Shown here: piece by piece, positions 42,409 to 51,100 of the stretch
How positions within the stretch are numbered: the first letter of the stretch is position 1
Layout of the letters: every line of letters starts with the position of its first letter
Origin: Candidatus Latescibacterota bacterium
GTDB taxonomy: Bacteria > Latescibacterota > UBA2968 > UBA8231
Direction: 5' to 3'
Assembly: GCA_965206595.1 (NCBI GenBank)
Contig: OZ242214.1
Coordinates: 2,880,001-2,944,000, forward strand
Length of the DNA: 64,000 bases
Program-made: the position numbers and the translations under genes
The notes under the pieces: generated by a model
What the model saw: the letters and a program-made list of their open reading frames with translations, nothing else
The model's database searches: none
Told to the model about the DNA's origin: nothing

Positions 42409-45030
42409 CTATTTGAGCAGGAGCATCCCCATGGAGAGGTGCCCCTGCGGCGTGCTCAGGAGGGCATGGTAGCGGCCGCTGGCCAGCGGCCGGCCCGCCC
42501 GGTCGGTTCCGTCCCAGGCGATTCGGTAGGCCCCCGGGTCCCGGTGGCCTTCGTCGAGGATCCGGATCAGCTGCCCGAGGCTGTTGTAGATGCCGAGGCG
42601 TACCGGTCCGGCCGCGGCCAGTTGAAAGGGGATGACGGTGAGGGCGTTGAACGGGTTGGGGTGGTTGGGCTCGAGGAGGAACCGGTCCGGACGGCCCGGT
42701 TCGGATTCGACCGCGGTGGGCCACCCCTCCCCGGGAGAGAGGATCGGCCGGTCGGCGAGGTGGACGGCGGTCAGCCGGGCTTTCCCGTTGCGGGTGTCGG
42801 AATCGAGGTACATGCGCAGCAGCTCCCCCTCCCCGAGGGCCGGCCGGGCCCCGGCAAATGCGATCCGGGTGCCGCCCTCCCCGTGCCGGTAGTCCAGCAG
42901 AAAACCGGCCAGGTCGGCATCCAGCTCCACCCGCCCCCGGACGCCTTCGAGAAGCATGCTGCCGGACGGGGCTGCCGAGCGCTCGTCTATCCAGACCGCC
43001 AGGTAGCCGGGATGGACCTTCAAGGCCAGCCGAGGCTCGAGGTGTACCGCTTTGGGCGCCGGGCTGAGGATCCGGGGATGGTTGTCGGATCCGTCCTCCT
43101 GCACGGGGAAGCGGCTGATCAGGCCGACCCGATGCTGCAGAATGAGAGAGGCGTCCAGGGGGGAGATGCTGCCGGCCGCGGCGTCGAAGGCCTGGGCGTC
43201 GACATTGGCCGCGAGCGAATCGAGGCCGGTCAGGAAGGGCTCCAGCACGTGGGAAAGCACCCGGGCCGCGTCGAAGGTCTGCAACCTGCCGTTGCCGTCG
43301 GCATCGCCGAAGAGGCCGACGATGGCCGTCGCCGCGGTTCGCACTTCGGGAATGCCCGTCTGCGTCAGGGCGTCCGCGTAGCTCACTTCGACCCGGTCCC
43401 CCCGGGCCACGGCCAGGGCAGTCCCGGACCCCGTCAGGGTTACCGGCAGGCGGCCGGCGAACTGGCTGTCGTCCGCACCCGCCTCCAGCAGGCTTACGGC
43501 GACAGGGATGCCCGCGAGGTTGCGCCGCGCCTCCACGGCGACCCGCTCGCGGACCAGTGGATCGAGGTTGAGGTCCAGGTCGGTCACCAGAATCCGCACC
43601 GAGTCCCCCGGCTCGGCCGCGGTTGTGACGGCCAGCACGCCATCCTCGCCGCCCACCGATACCGGGACACAGTGTTTCAATGCGCCTCCCGCGGCGTCGA
43701 GCTCGTCGTCGTAACAGGCCGTCAAAGCGCTGCCAGCTCCGACTTCGATCCGGTCGTTTCCAGGCACCGGGGTTCCCCGGACCGTGCCGAGAGAGCCCTG
43801 GAACAGACCGGTGCTGGCGTCGACTTCGAGGAGGTTCACCTCTTCGCTGTCGGCCCCCCCTTCGACGCGAACCGCCAGTTGGTCCGGAGCATCGGGGTCG
43901 AGATCTCCATCCCCGTCCCGCACCTTCAGGGTCAGGGCCGTCCCGGGAAAAAGCAGCGTAGGCTCGGCTTCGAGGGTGCCGGTGACCCCGGTCCAGCGCA
44001 GCCGGCCGTCGGTCTTGAAGACCCCCAGGGCGCCGTCGTTGAGCAGGGCGTGGGTCAGGTAGAGCGGGGCCGTGGTGACCTGGCGGCGCTCCGCGGTGTC
44101 GAAGGAGAGACGCACCAGGGTGCCGTCCTCCGCCAGCGGATCGCCGGTGGAGGCCAGGACGATCTTGAGGGTGTTGAAATCGGTGCCGGCCGCGTTATTC
44201 ACCTCGAGAACCCAGTCGGTCGTCAGGTCGGTGAGAGCGACCGCTGCCGGAGCCGCGGTCAGCAGGTCGGGGTCATAGGCCACGAACAGCTCGACCGCGA
44301 CGATGCCCTCGCCGGTGACCCCGGTCAGCCGCACCGGAAGGTCGATGCGCGTTCCGTAAGAGGCCGTCGTATCGGGCAGGACCAGCCTCGGGCCCGAGGG
44401 GGTGCCGCTCCCGGGTGTGGAAGGTTGGCCCGGACCCGGCGGGGATGCACCGGTCCCGGGGGTAGGAGTATCCTGGGCGGTGAAGTCGGCCAGATTGTCG
44501 CCGGTGTCCGACCCGTCCGCGGCCCGGGAGAGACTCTGGCCCGCCTCCACCTGAGGCGCCGGAGTCCCCTCGCCGGCGTTGTGCTCGCCTGCATCTCCGT
44601 ACTGAAGGGCGTCGACGACCTGGTCCTGGGGATCGCGCAGCTGAACCGCGTCGGGGCCGTTCTGCCAGTCGACGTTGGCGGTGAAGTCCCGGTGAGTCAG
44701 GGCCGCCCCTGTGGCATTTTCGTGGGCCACGACCAGCAGGCCGTCCGCCGGAATGGTCGCCCCGTCGAGGGCGATGGTGCGATAGGCCTCCCCGTTGCTG
44801 CCGTTGACGCCCACCAGGCTCCAGCCGTCGAGAGCCGTCCCGGCCTCCCCGGCGATTTCGGTGAATGCCTCTTCCGCATCGCTGCCGGACCCGTCGTAGA
44901 GCACCTCCTGAATGCGGGGCGGGGGGTTCTGGCCTGCAGCCGGGTGGACGGTGGAAAGGGCGAGAGCCAGCAGACCGCTGACAAGGCCGAGGGTTCGGGG
45001 GTGTGAGGATGCAGCAGTGCGCTGTGTCAT
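42409..45030 (-). CDS. Secreted multidomain protein: lamin-tail domain, cohesin-like, dockerin-like, C-terminal FlgD-Ig
   Basis: Signal peptide; IQEVLYDGSGSD..EFTEI; GDADGNGRLQTFDA; NHPNPFNALTVIPF...IYNSLGQLIRIL...WDG...LASGRY. Confidence 0.8.
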   Translation of the reverse strand: MTQRTAASSHPRTLGLVSGLLALALSTVHPAAGQNPPPRIQEVLYDGSGSDAEEAFTEIAGEAGTALDGWSLVGVNGSNGEAYRTIALDGATIPADGLLVVAHENATGAALTHRDFTANVDWQNGPDAVQLRDPQDQVVDALQYGDAGEHNAGEGTPAPQVEAGQSLSRAADGSDTGDNLADFTAQDTPTPGTGASPPGPGQPSTPGSGTPSGPRLVLPDTTASYGTRIDLPVRLTGVTGEGIVAVELFVAYDPDLLTAAPAAVALTDLTTDWVLEVNNAAGTDFNTLKIVLASTGDPLAEDGTLVRLSFDTAERRQVTTAPLYLTHALLNDGALGVFKTDGRLRWTGVTGTLEAEPTLLFPGTALTLKVRDGDGDLDPDAPDQLAVRVEGGADSEEVNLLEVDASTGLFQGSLGTVRGTPVPGNDRIEVGAGSALTACYDDELDAAGGALKHCVPVSVGGEDGVLAVTTAAEPGDSVRILVTDLDLNLDPLVRERVAVEARRNLAGIPVAVSLLEAGADDSQFAGRLPVTLTGSGTALAVARGDRVEVSYADALTQTGIPEVRTAATAIVGLFGDADGNGRLQTFDAARVLSHVLEPFLTGLDSLAANVDAQAFDAAAGSISPLDASLILQHRVGLISRFPVQEDGSDNHPRILSPAPKAVHLEPRLALKVHPGYLAVWIDERSAAPSGSMLLEGVRGRVELDADLAGFLLDYRHGEGGTRIAFAGARPALGEGELLRMYLDSDTRNGKARLTAVHLADRPILSPGEGWPTAVESEPGRPDRFLLEPNHPNPFNALTVIPFQLAAAGPVRLGIYNSLGQLIRILDEGHRDPGAYRIAWDGTDRAGRPLASGRYHALLSTPQGHLSMGMLLLK

Positions 45031-45259
45031 GGCCGTACCGCCTTGGATTCAGATGAGCTGGGATCAGGGCAGTTGGTTCGTCGGCCAGCTCTTCTGCACG
45101 GACCGTGCCAGCGCTGCCGGGGGGCTGCCCCGGGCGGGTCATCTGATTGTGGGGCAGGGCGATAGGACCGAGCCCCCGGGGGCGGTCCACCGGTGAGGGG
45201 TGTCACCTGTTCGGGGCACTGGGTGGGGCGGTATGGGAACAGTTCGGGGACCGTCGCAG

Positions 45260-45560
45260 GATCGCGGGTGAGATAGACGCCGGTGGCCACTGCAGCGCCC
45301 TGTTGATCACGGGCGTCCCAGGAGACCTGGTAGGAGCCGGCGGTCTGGAATTCGTCCACCAGCGTGCGCACCGGCTGCCCCAGGGTGTTGAAGATCGCCA
45401 GCCGCACCGGACCGGAGGCGGCAAGGAGGTAGGGAATTCCGGTGGTGCCGTTGAAGGGGCCAGGGTGCGGCCGTCCGGAGAGAACGCCACGGATCTGACC
45501 CAATCCGAATGGGAATTACATCGGATGTTACGAAGAGAAAACCGAGGAGAAGGACACCCG
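45260..45560 (-). pseudogene. Remnant of WD40 + FlgD-Ig protein
   Basis: HSDWVRSVAFSPDGRTLA joined out of frame to PFNGTTGIPY...IFNTLGQPVRTLVDE...WDARD...ATGVYL. Confidence 0.6.
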
Positions 45561-45926
45561 ATTCTTACTGTTTCGCCGGGAACTGGGAGATGTCGGCTGG
45601 CTGGCAATTCACAGGGTTCGTGCTGAAAGTCGGGCAATCTGCATCGGCAATTCCCCGATCTCGGGTGAACGACACAGACGGCCCGAACACGGAAGCATGT
45701 CAAATCGGCACCGTGGATCGGAGAGTCCCCGGATCTGATCGGGGAGGGGATGCGGGCATCGGGACCTGATCCCCCTGGGGTCTGCAAGCCGTCGCCGGGG
45801 AGCTGCAACCGAGCCGTCGAGGAGTTGCCTTTGGTCGAGGGGAAAAGCAGTGGAGAAACCGCGGGCAGAAAAACAACTCCGAGCAGGGGGAAAGTGTCAG
45901 GAAATTACCATGTGCCGTACATCCGA

Positions 45927-46694
45927 TTAGTCGGGATAACTAACAGAAGGTGATATACTTCTTTTTATCTTTCCCCAGGAAGTAGCCTGTACATTGGTAG
46001 ACGTCGATACTCGAATGACCCGAAGATTTCCTGGATGTTGTCCCTTGCGGCCTATCCGGTAAACAATCAGGTCTCCGGCGGGGCTAAAGCTGGGACAGCA
46101 GTTCCATTGTTTATCGAAGGTAAGCTGTTTAATAACTTCCGGGTTATCACTTTCTATAAAAAACAATTCCCTGATATCTGTTTCTCCTGATTGCAGAACA
46201 TCGAATACCAGGATCCGGCCATCCGGAGACCACGATGCCCCATTTACATCAAGGTTTTTACCTATTTCAATCTGCTCTCCGTCTTCATAAATGATGCCGA
46301 ATTCCTTTTCTCCAAGGGGACCAGGAGGACTGTCGCGGTTTGGATCAAACGGAATCCAAATACACGCAATCAGTGCAGTAACTGGGGATGGGATTGTACG
46401 GGAACCTATTCCACATATGTCGTCGTTTTGATCGTAGGCGATCTCACCTGTATCGGGGTTAATATATTCCTTATGTGTATACTGTGATGTATTTATTCCC
46501 CATCCGGCCACCTCCATTTCCATCATTGTTCCGGACGCCGTTGGGATACAGTCTACAAGCGGAGGAGCGTAAGAGGGCGTACAACTGCTGCTGATCAACT
46601 GAAGTTGATCCCTGCGGGGTTCTATTTCCTCAAGAAGGCGCTTGAGGCGGTCGTTTTCCCCGGCAAAGCTCGGCGATCTTTTCCTTTTCCACAC
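45927..46694 (-). CDS. TolB/PD40-like beta-propeller protein fragment (AT-rich; true start uncertain)
   Basis: ASWSPDGRILVF, KQLT, PSFSPAGDLIVY, C-terminal TSWGKIK. Confidence 0.6.
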   Translation of the reverse strand: MWKRKRSPSFAGENDRLKRLLEEIEPRRDQLQLISSSCTPSYAPPLVDCIPTASGTMMEMEVAGWGINTSQYTHKEYINPDTGEIAYDQNDDICGIGSRTIPSPVTALIACIWIPFDPNRDSPPGPLGEKEFGIIYEDGEQIEIGKNLDVNGASWSPDGRILVFDVLQSGETDIRELFFIESDNPEVIKQLTFDKQWNCCPSFSPAGDLIVYRIGRKGQHPGNLRVIRVSTSTNVQATSWGKIKRSISPSVSYPD

Positions 46695-46699
46695 CCAGT

Positions 46700-48133
46700 T
46701 TATCCTCCGTTTCGCGCAGCTTGTTGCGGAGCTACTGAATCCCCCTGGGCGGACTCGATGTCAACGGGAAGCTGCGAAGTGGCGTCGCCGTCGGCTCCGG
46801 GGTGCGCCCCCGAAAGGCGAAACACCAGCTCCTTTCCGGCCCTGAAAAGGTCGTGGAGATGCACGTAGCGGAACAACGAGCTCCTGCCGGTCAGGTGGAG
46901 ATTCTCGAAGGTCCGGAAGTAGCCGACGAGAAGCTCCACATGCTCCGAAAGGCCCTTTTCGAGCACGGGGTATGCGAAAGGCAGCCGGAAAGTCCCGGAA
47001 CAAACGACTTCCTCTTCCGCAATCGGCCTTACCCGCTGCAGGGCTTCCCAGGCAGAACGGCGCAACTCCTCTTCCGGCATTTTCCAACCCGCGTCCCCGG
47101 CGAAGCAGGGCAGCTCGAGCACGATGGCGGTCTGTCCCTCGGGCGCCATGTGACGGCTGCGGTTCTTCGGTTCGTACAGCCGCGTGAACGGGAACTCGGC
47201 GCCGGGAAAATAGATCGAGGCGTTGGGCGAGAAGGAGGGCCTGTCCAGGCCGAACACGCACAGCACCAGGTTGCGGAACCTGACGGCATCGGCGGCGGCC
47301 AGCACCTCCGGGGGCGGCGGGGGATCGAGGATCTTCGCCGAAAGGCTCAGCGGCAGCGTGTTGACCACGGTCGACGCCTCCATCTCGGTGCCGCCGTCCA
47401 GAAAGACCCGGTCGAGCCGCCCCTCCGAGTGCTGGATCCGGCTCACCCGGCTTCCGAGCCGGATCCGCTCGGAGCCGATGAACTCGCTCATCCGGTCAAC
47501 GATTGCTCCGAATCCGTACCTGGGGTACAGGAAGGAGCCGTCCAGATGGCCGGGCCGGCCGGCCTTTCCCAGCAGGGTCTCCCGAATGAAGCCGCCCAGG
47601 TCCAGCCCTTTCATCCGGCCCCCGGAGACTTCGGCGGTGAGCCGGTGCGGATCCGTACCCCACAGTTTTTCCGAGTAGTTGAGCAGGAAGAGGTTGGCCA
47701 GCGTCGGACCGTACTGCTCCAGGGCGAATTCGCCGAAATTCGCCGCCTTCTTCCGGCGTTTCGGACGCAGGTTCTCGGCGGTGATCCGCAACAGGGTCCC
47801 GCGGTCGAGCCGTTCGACGAGGTTTCTCAGCTGCAGTGGAAAGCGGAAAAAACGGCCCTGGGAAAAGATCTCGCTCGGCGCGTCGACCTCGGCCAGCTCG
47901 TTCCCCAGAAGCGCCCTGATTTCCCCGGTGACCTCCGGGTCCTTGTCGTGCAGGCGGTGGGCGCCCGTATCGAACAGGAACTCCCCGAGGCGCAGGGTGC
48001 GGCAGTTGCCCCCTGTCTGCGGACCGGCCTCGAAAACCAGGAAGTCCAGTCCGAGCTTTCGGGCGTAGTAGCCGGCAGCCAGACCGGCCGGCCCTCCGCC
48101 GAGGATCTGAATGTCCGCGCCGGGTGCTTTCAA
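46700..48133 (-). CDS. FAD-dependent oxidoreductase (protoporphyrinogen oxidase/UDP-galactopyranose mutase-like)
   Basis: ILGGGPAGLAAG, GGNCRT, FDTGAH, YPRYGFG, AYPV, GRSSLFRY; TTG start inferred. Confidence 0.8.
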   Translation of the reverse strand: MKAPGADIQILGGGPAGLAAGYYARKLGLDFLVFEAGPQTGGNCRTLRLGEFLFDTGAHRLHDKDPEVTGEIRALLGNELAEVDAPSEIFSQGRFFRFPLQLRNLVERLDRGTLLRITAENLRPKRRKKAANFGEFALEQYGPTLANLFLLNYSEKLWGTDPHRLTAEVSGGRMKGLDLGGFIRETLLGKAGRPGHLDGSFLYPRYGFGAIVDRMSEFIGSERIRLGSRVSRIQHSEGRLDRVFLDGGTEMEASTVVNTLPLSLSAKILDPPPPPEVLAAADAVRFRNLVLCVFGLDRPSFSPNASIYFPGAEFPFTRLYEPKNRSRHMAPEGQTAIVLELPCFAGDAGWKMPEEELRRSAWEALQRVRPIAEEEVVCSGTFRLPFAYPVLEKGLSEHVELLVGYFRTFENLHLTGRSSLFRYVHLHDLFRAGKELVFRLSGAHPGADGDATSQLPVDIESAQGDSVAPQQAARNGG

Positions 48134-48152
48134 GGCACGGGTCGCACCCGGC

Positions 48153-49559
48153 TCAGTACTCGTACAGTGTGAGTTCCGGCCACAGGCGGTTGACGTAGGG
48201 GTTGTGGTAGAAAGTCCGGGCCGCTTTGGGCTCCCGGTCCGGCAGGGGGCTGCCGATGACGAACAGCCCGCCGCCGCGGGTCTCGTCGAGGGCGTGCAGA
48301 TCCTCTGGATCCTCAATTGGTATATAGACGGCCCGGAGCCCCTGGGAGGCCAGGAAATACTTGATCAGGGGCACGGAGGCGATCCGCAGGTCCTCACTCT
48401 TCCTGGCCGACAGGTGCTGGTGGATCTGGGTGATGGCGGTGGGGTTTCGGTGCTGGGCCACCAGGTACAGGGTCGCGTACCCGTAGCAGGCGAGAAAGGC
48501 GAAAGGCACCAACAGCAGCAACCGCTTGCCTTCCCTGAAGATCCGGTCGCAGGCAAAGGCCGGGACGAGCGCGAGGAAGGGCAGCAGCGGCAGGACGTGC
48601 CGGCTTTTTTGGACCACGTTCTGAAAAAGGAAGATCCAACCCAGGTAGATGAGGCAGCCGATGAGGGGGGCACTGAGCAGGACCGTGCGGTTTGCCCGCG
48701 GGGCAACTCCGCGCCAACCGGCCGCCAGAACGCCGAAGAGGGCGACCGCGGTACAGGCCGTCACCCAATGACGCCCTTCCCAGTAGAGCCCGAAACCATC
48801 GGCCCAGATGCTCTCGAACAGCGCCGCCGAACGCAGGGCCAGTCCGGGCTCGGTGGAAACCGTGCCTCCGAACTCGGTGAAGTGGCCCCGGGTCTGGGTC
48901 TGCGCCGCCGCAACCAGCTCCTCCCAGCCGGTTGTCGCGATCAGGGGGATCAGCCAGACAGCCACCCCGGCGGCACAGGCCCCGGCGAGCCGCAGGCCCT
49001 TCAACCGCGACAGCAGGGGGGCCAGCAGCAGGGGGGCATAGGAGAGGCGCACCCCGAGGGAAAGGCCGGCAATGAAAAATCCCCAGGCGGCCTGGCGCGG
49101 CTCCTGCCTGGCGGCAAGGCAGAAGACGGCCAGGACGAACGCGACCCCCATGGCGTCGGGCATGTAGCGGTTGCTCATCAGCCATGTCAGGGGGTTGAAG
49201 AACACCAGGAAGGCGGCCGTCAGGCCCAGCGGCGTGGTGATCGGGATGCGGGCGATCTCGAGCGCGAAACGGATGATCCCGAACGTCGACAGGCCGCCGA
49301 GGAGGGCGAAGGACAGAGCATAGCTGCCGGTGAGTGCGTAGATCCCCTTGGCGAGAAAGCAGAAGACCGGGTAGGCCGGGAAGTGGGGCTGCAGGCGGGG
49401 TACGTCATAGTCGACGACCCCCAGGGCGAAGCGCAGGCTGTCGAGATCCTCTATGTAGTAGACGGCGCTCAGCAGCCGCGATCCCAGGCATAGGATCAGC
49501 AGCGCCCCCCAGGCCTTGCCCCCACTCACGCCCTGATCGCTTTCCGAAAGGTTGCCCAT
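48153..49559 (-). CDS. Integral membrane GT-C-type glycosyltransferase-like protein
   Basis: DLDSLRFALG..YD....PHFPAYPVF first loop; multiple TM helices; RHVLP. Confidence 0.65.
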   Translation of the reverse strand: MGNLSESDQGVSGGKAWGALLILCLGSRLLSAVYYIEDLDSLRFALGVVDYDVPRLQPHFPAYPVFCFLAKGIYALTGSYALSFALLGGLSTFGIIRFALEIARIPITTPLGLTAAFLVFFNPLTWLMSNRYMPDAMGVAFVLAVFCLAARQEPRQAAWGFFIAGLSLGVRLSYAPLLLAPLLSRLKGLRLAGACAAGVAVWLIPLIATTGWEELVAAAQTQTRGHFTEFGGTVSTEPGLALRSAALFESIWADGFGLYWEGRHWVTACTAVALFGVLAAGWRGVAPRANRTVLLSAPLIGCLIYLGWIFLFQNVVQKSRHVLPLLPFLALVPAFACDRIFREGKRLLLLVPFAFLACYGYATLYLVAQHRNPTAITQIHQHLSARKSEDLRIASVPLIKYFLASQGLRAVYIPIEDPEDLHALDETRGGGLFVIGSPLPDREPKAARTFYHNPYVNRLWPELTLYEY

Positions 49560-49652
49560 ACAGCCTCACATTTTCCCGCAGGCTGACGGGCGAAATCAAG
49601 GCATCGGTCCGGGGATGGCCAGTGCCAGACCGAATCACCTCGTCAGGCAGGC

Positions 49653-49693
49653 AAAAAAACGCGGCGGTTGACCGGACGCCGGACGCCGCGTTT
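49653..49693 (-). terminator. Rho-independent terminator of the TonB/lipoprotein operon
   Basis: CGCGGCG/CGCCGCG stem followed on the minus strand by T7. Confidence 0.65.
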
Positions 49694-49741
49694 GCAGCCC
49701 CGCCCCCCCGAGGGGAGCGGCAGCTTCCCAGACCGACCTCT

Positions 49742-51037
49742 TTACCAGTTTGCCATGTTTCCGACGGAGAACCCGTAGACTCCCTGGAAGATCTCCTTGG
49801 CGCGCCCGTAGCTGCGCACGGTCTCGTCGTAGGCATCCGATCCCGGGGCGTCGTACGCGGGCGCCTGTCCCATGATGCCGTGCAGCTCCTCGAGCTCGCC
49901 CCGGCCGATCAGGGCGAAGGGATTGTACTGCAGGGCGACGGTGAACCCCTTCATCTCGGCCCAGTGCTTGTTGAGGTTTACGAGGTTCTCGTCCCCCGTT
50001 CCCAGGTCCGCCATGTCGGCCAGGGTGTCGTTGATGTAGTGCACCACCGTTGCGGCGATGACCTTCTCCATGCCGTTGGCCGCGGTTTCGCGCCGGGCGG
50101 AGATCTCGGCGGCCGAGCCCTGGTTGACGATCAGGGTGCGCCCGGCCAGGAAGGCGGCGAAGATGTCGCCGGTGAGGTCGACCCCGGCCCCGCCCTTGTC
50201 CCGCTTACCGGCGTTCCGCGACAGGCCGAAGTTGTACTCCGAATTGAAGTCGATGTTTCCGTCCCCGTTGGAGTCGGAGGTGTAGTCCCCGACACTGCCC
50301 GCCAGCTGCTCGTCGGTGTAGCGGGCGTAGTCGCGAGCCGCCCCGAAATATCCGAAGGCCTCGTCCCAGGCATGCTCCATGGACGTGGATGCGTTGCCCT
50401 CGCTACGGGGCTCGCCGTTGTCGCGGTCGAGGAGGCCGGCCAGGTAGACCCCGGTGGCCTGGTAGTAGGGCACCGCGCCGATGAGCACCTTGTTGATCAT
50501 CTGGGTCAGGTCCAACCCGTTGTCGTCGGTGTAGACCGCGGGGGTGCCCAGCTTGTCTCCGTCCTGGGAGTTCTCGGCGATGACCTCGAACCACCCGCGC
50601 ACCAGCTCGTCGGCAGTCCTGCCGTAGCCGATGACGACGTCGCTCGAGATCTTGCCGTTCAGGTTTTTTCCGGTCGAAATGGAGGAGTAGCGGTTCTCGA
50701 CCACGGGCATGGATCCGGCCGTGGTCAGCGATTCCAGGTCGTAGGCGTCGTCGTAGGCGTAGAGATTGAGCATGTCCTGCACGGAAGCGGACTGAGCCCC
50801 ATCCTTTCCCAGGTTGTCGATGAAGATCTTCAGGTCCTGAAGCAGCAGGTTTCGCACCACCTGGCCGGAATAGGAGACGCTGCTTTCCCCCTCGTTGAAG
50901 CGGCTGTCGAAGACGTAGGCGGTGGGAATGTCGATGGTCTGCCCGCCGCCGCTGCCGACGGGATTGTCGTCGTCGTCCCCCCCGCAGGCGATGAGCAGGG
51001 CCGCGGCGAGCGGAAAAAGGCGTTCGAGGTTTCTCAT
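49742..51037 (-). CDS. DUF4856-like lipoprotein, probably iron uptake
   Basis: Lipobox LIAC; SSVSYSGQ, MEHAWDEAFGYFG, HYIN, HWAEMKGF. Confidence 0.75.
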   Translation of the reverse strand: MRNLERLFPLAAALLIACGGDDDDNPVGSGGGQTIDIPTAYVFDSRFNEGESSVSYSGQVVRNLLLQDLKIFIDNLGKDGAQSASVQDMLNLYAYDDAYDLESLTTAGSMPVVENRYSSISTGKNLNGKISSDVVIGYGRTADELVRGWFEVIAENSQDGDKLGTPAVYTDDNGLDLTQMINKVLIGAVPYYQATGVYLAGLLDRDNGEPRSEGNASTSMEHAWDEAFGYFGAARDYARYTDEQLAGSVGDYTSDSNGDGNIDFNSEYNFGLSRNAGKRDKGGAGVDLTGDIFAAFLAGRTLIVNQGSAAEISARRETAANGMEKVIAATVVHYINDTLADMADLGTGDENLVNLNKHWAEMKGFTVALQYNPFALIGRGELEELHGIMGQAPAYDAPGSDAYDETVRSYGRAKEIFQGVYGFSVGNMANW

Positions 51038-51100
51038 GTGGATCTCCTTTTGTTGCGATGGATGGAAAGGCTTGTAAACAGGGTCGGCGGGACGGAGGGT

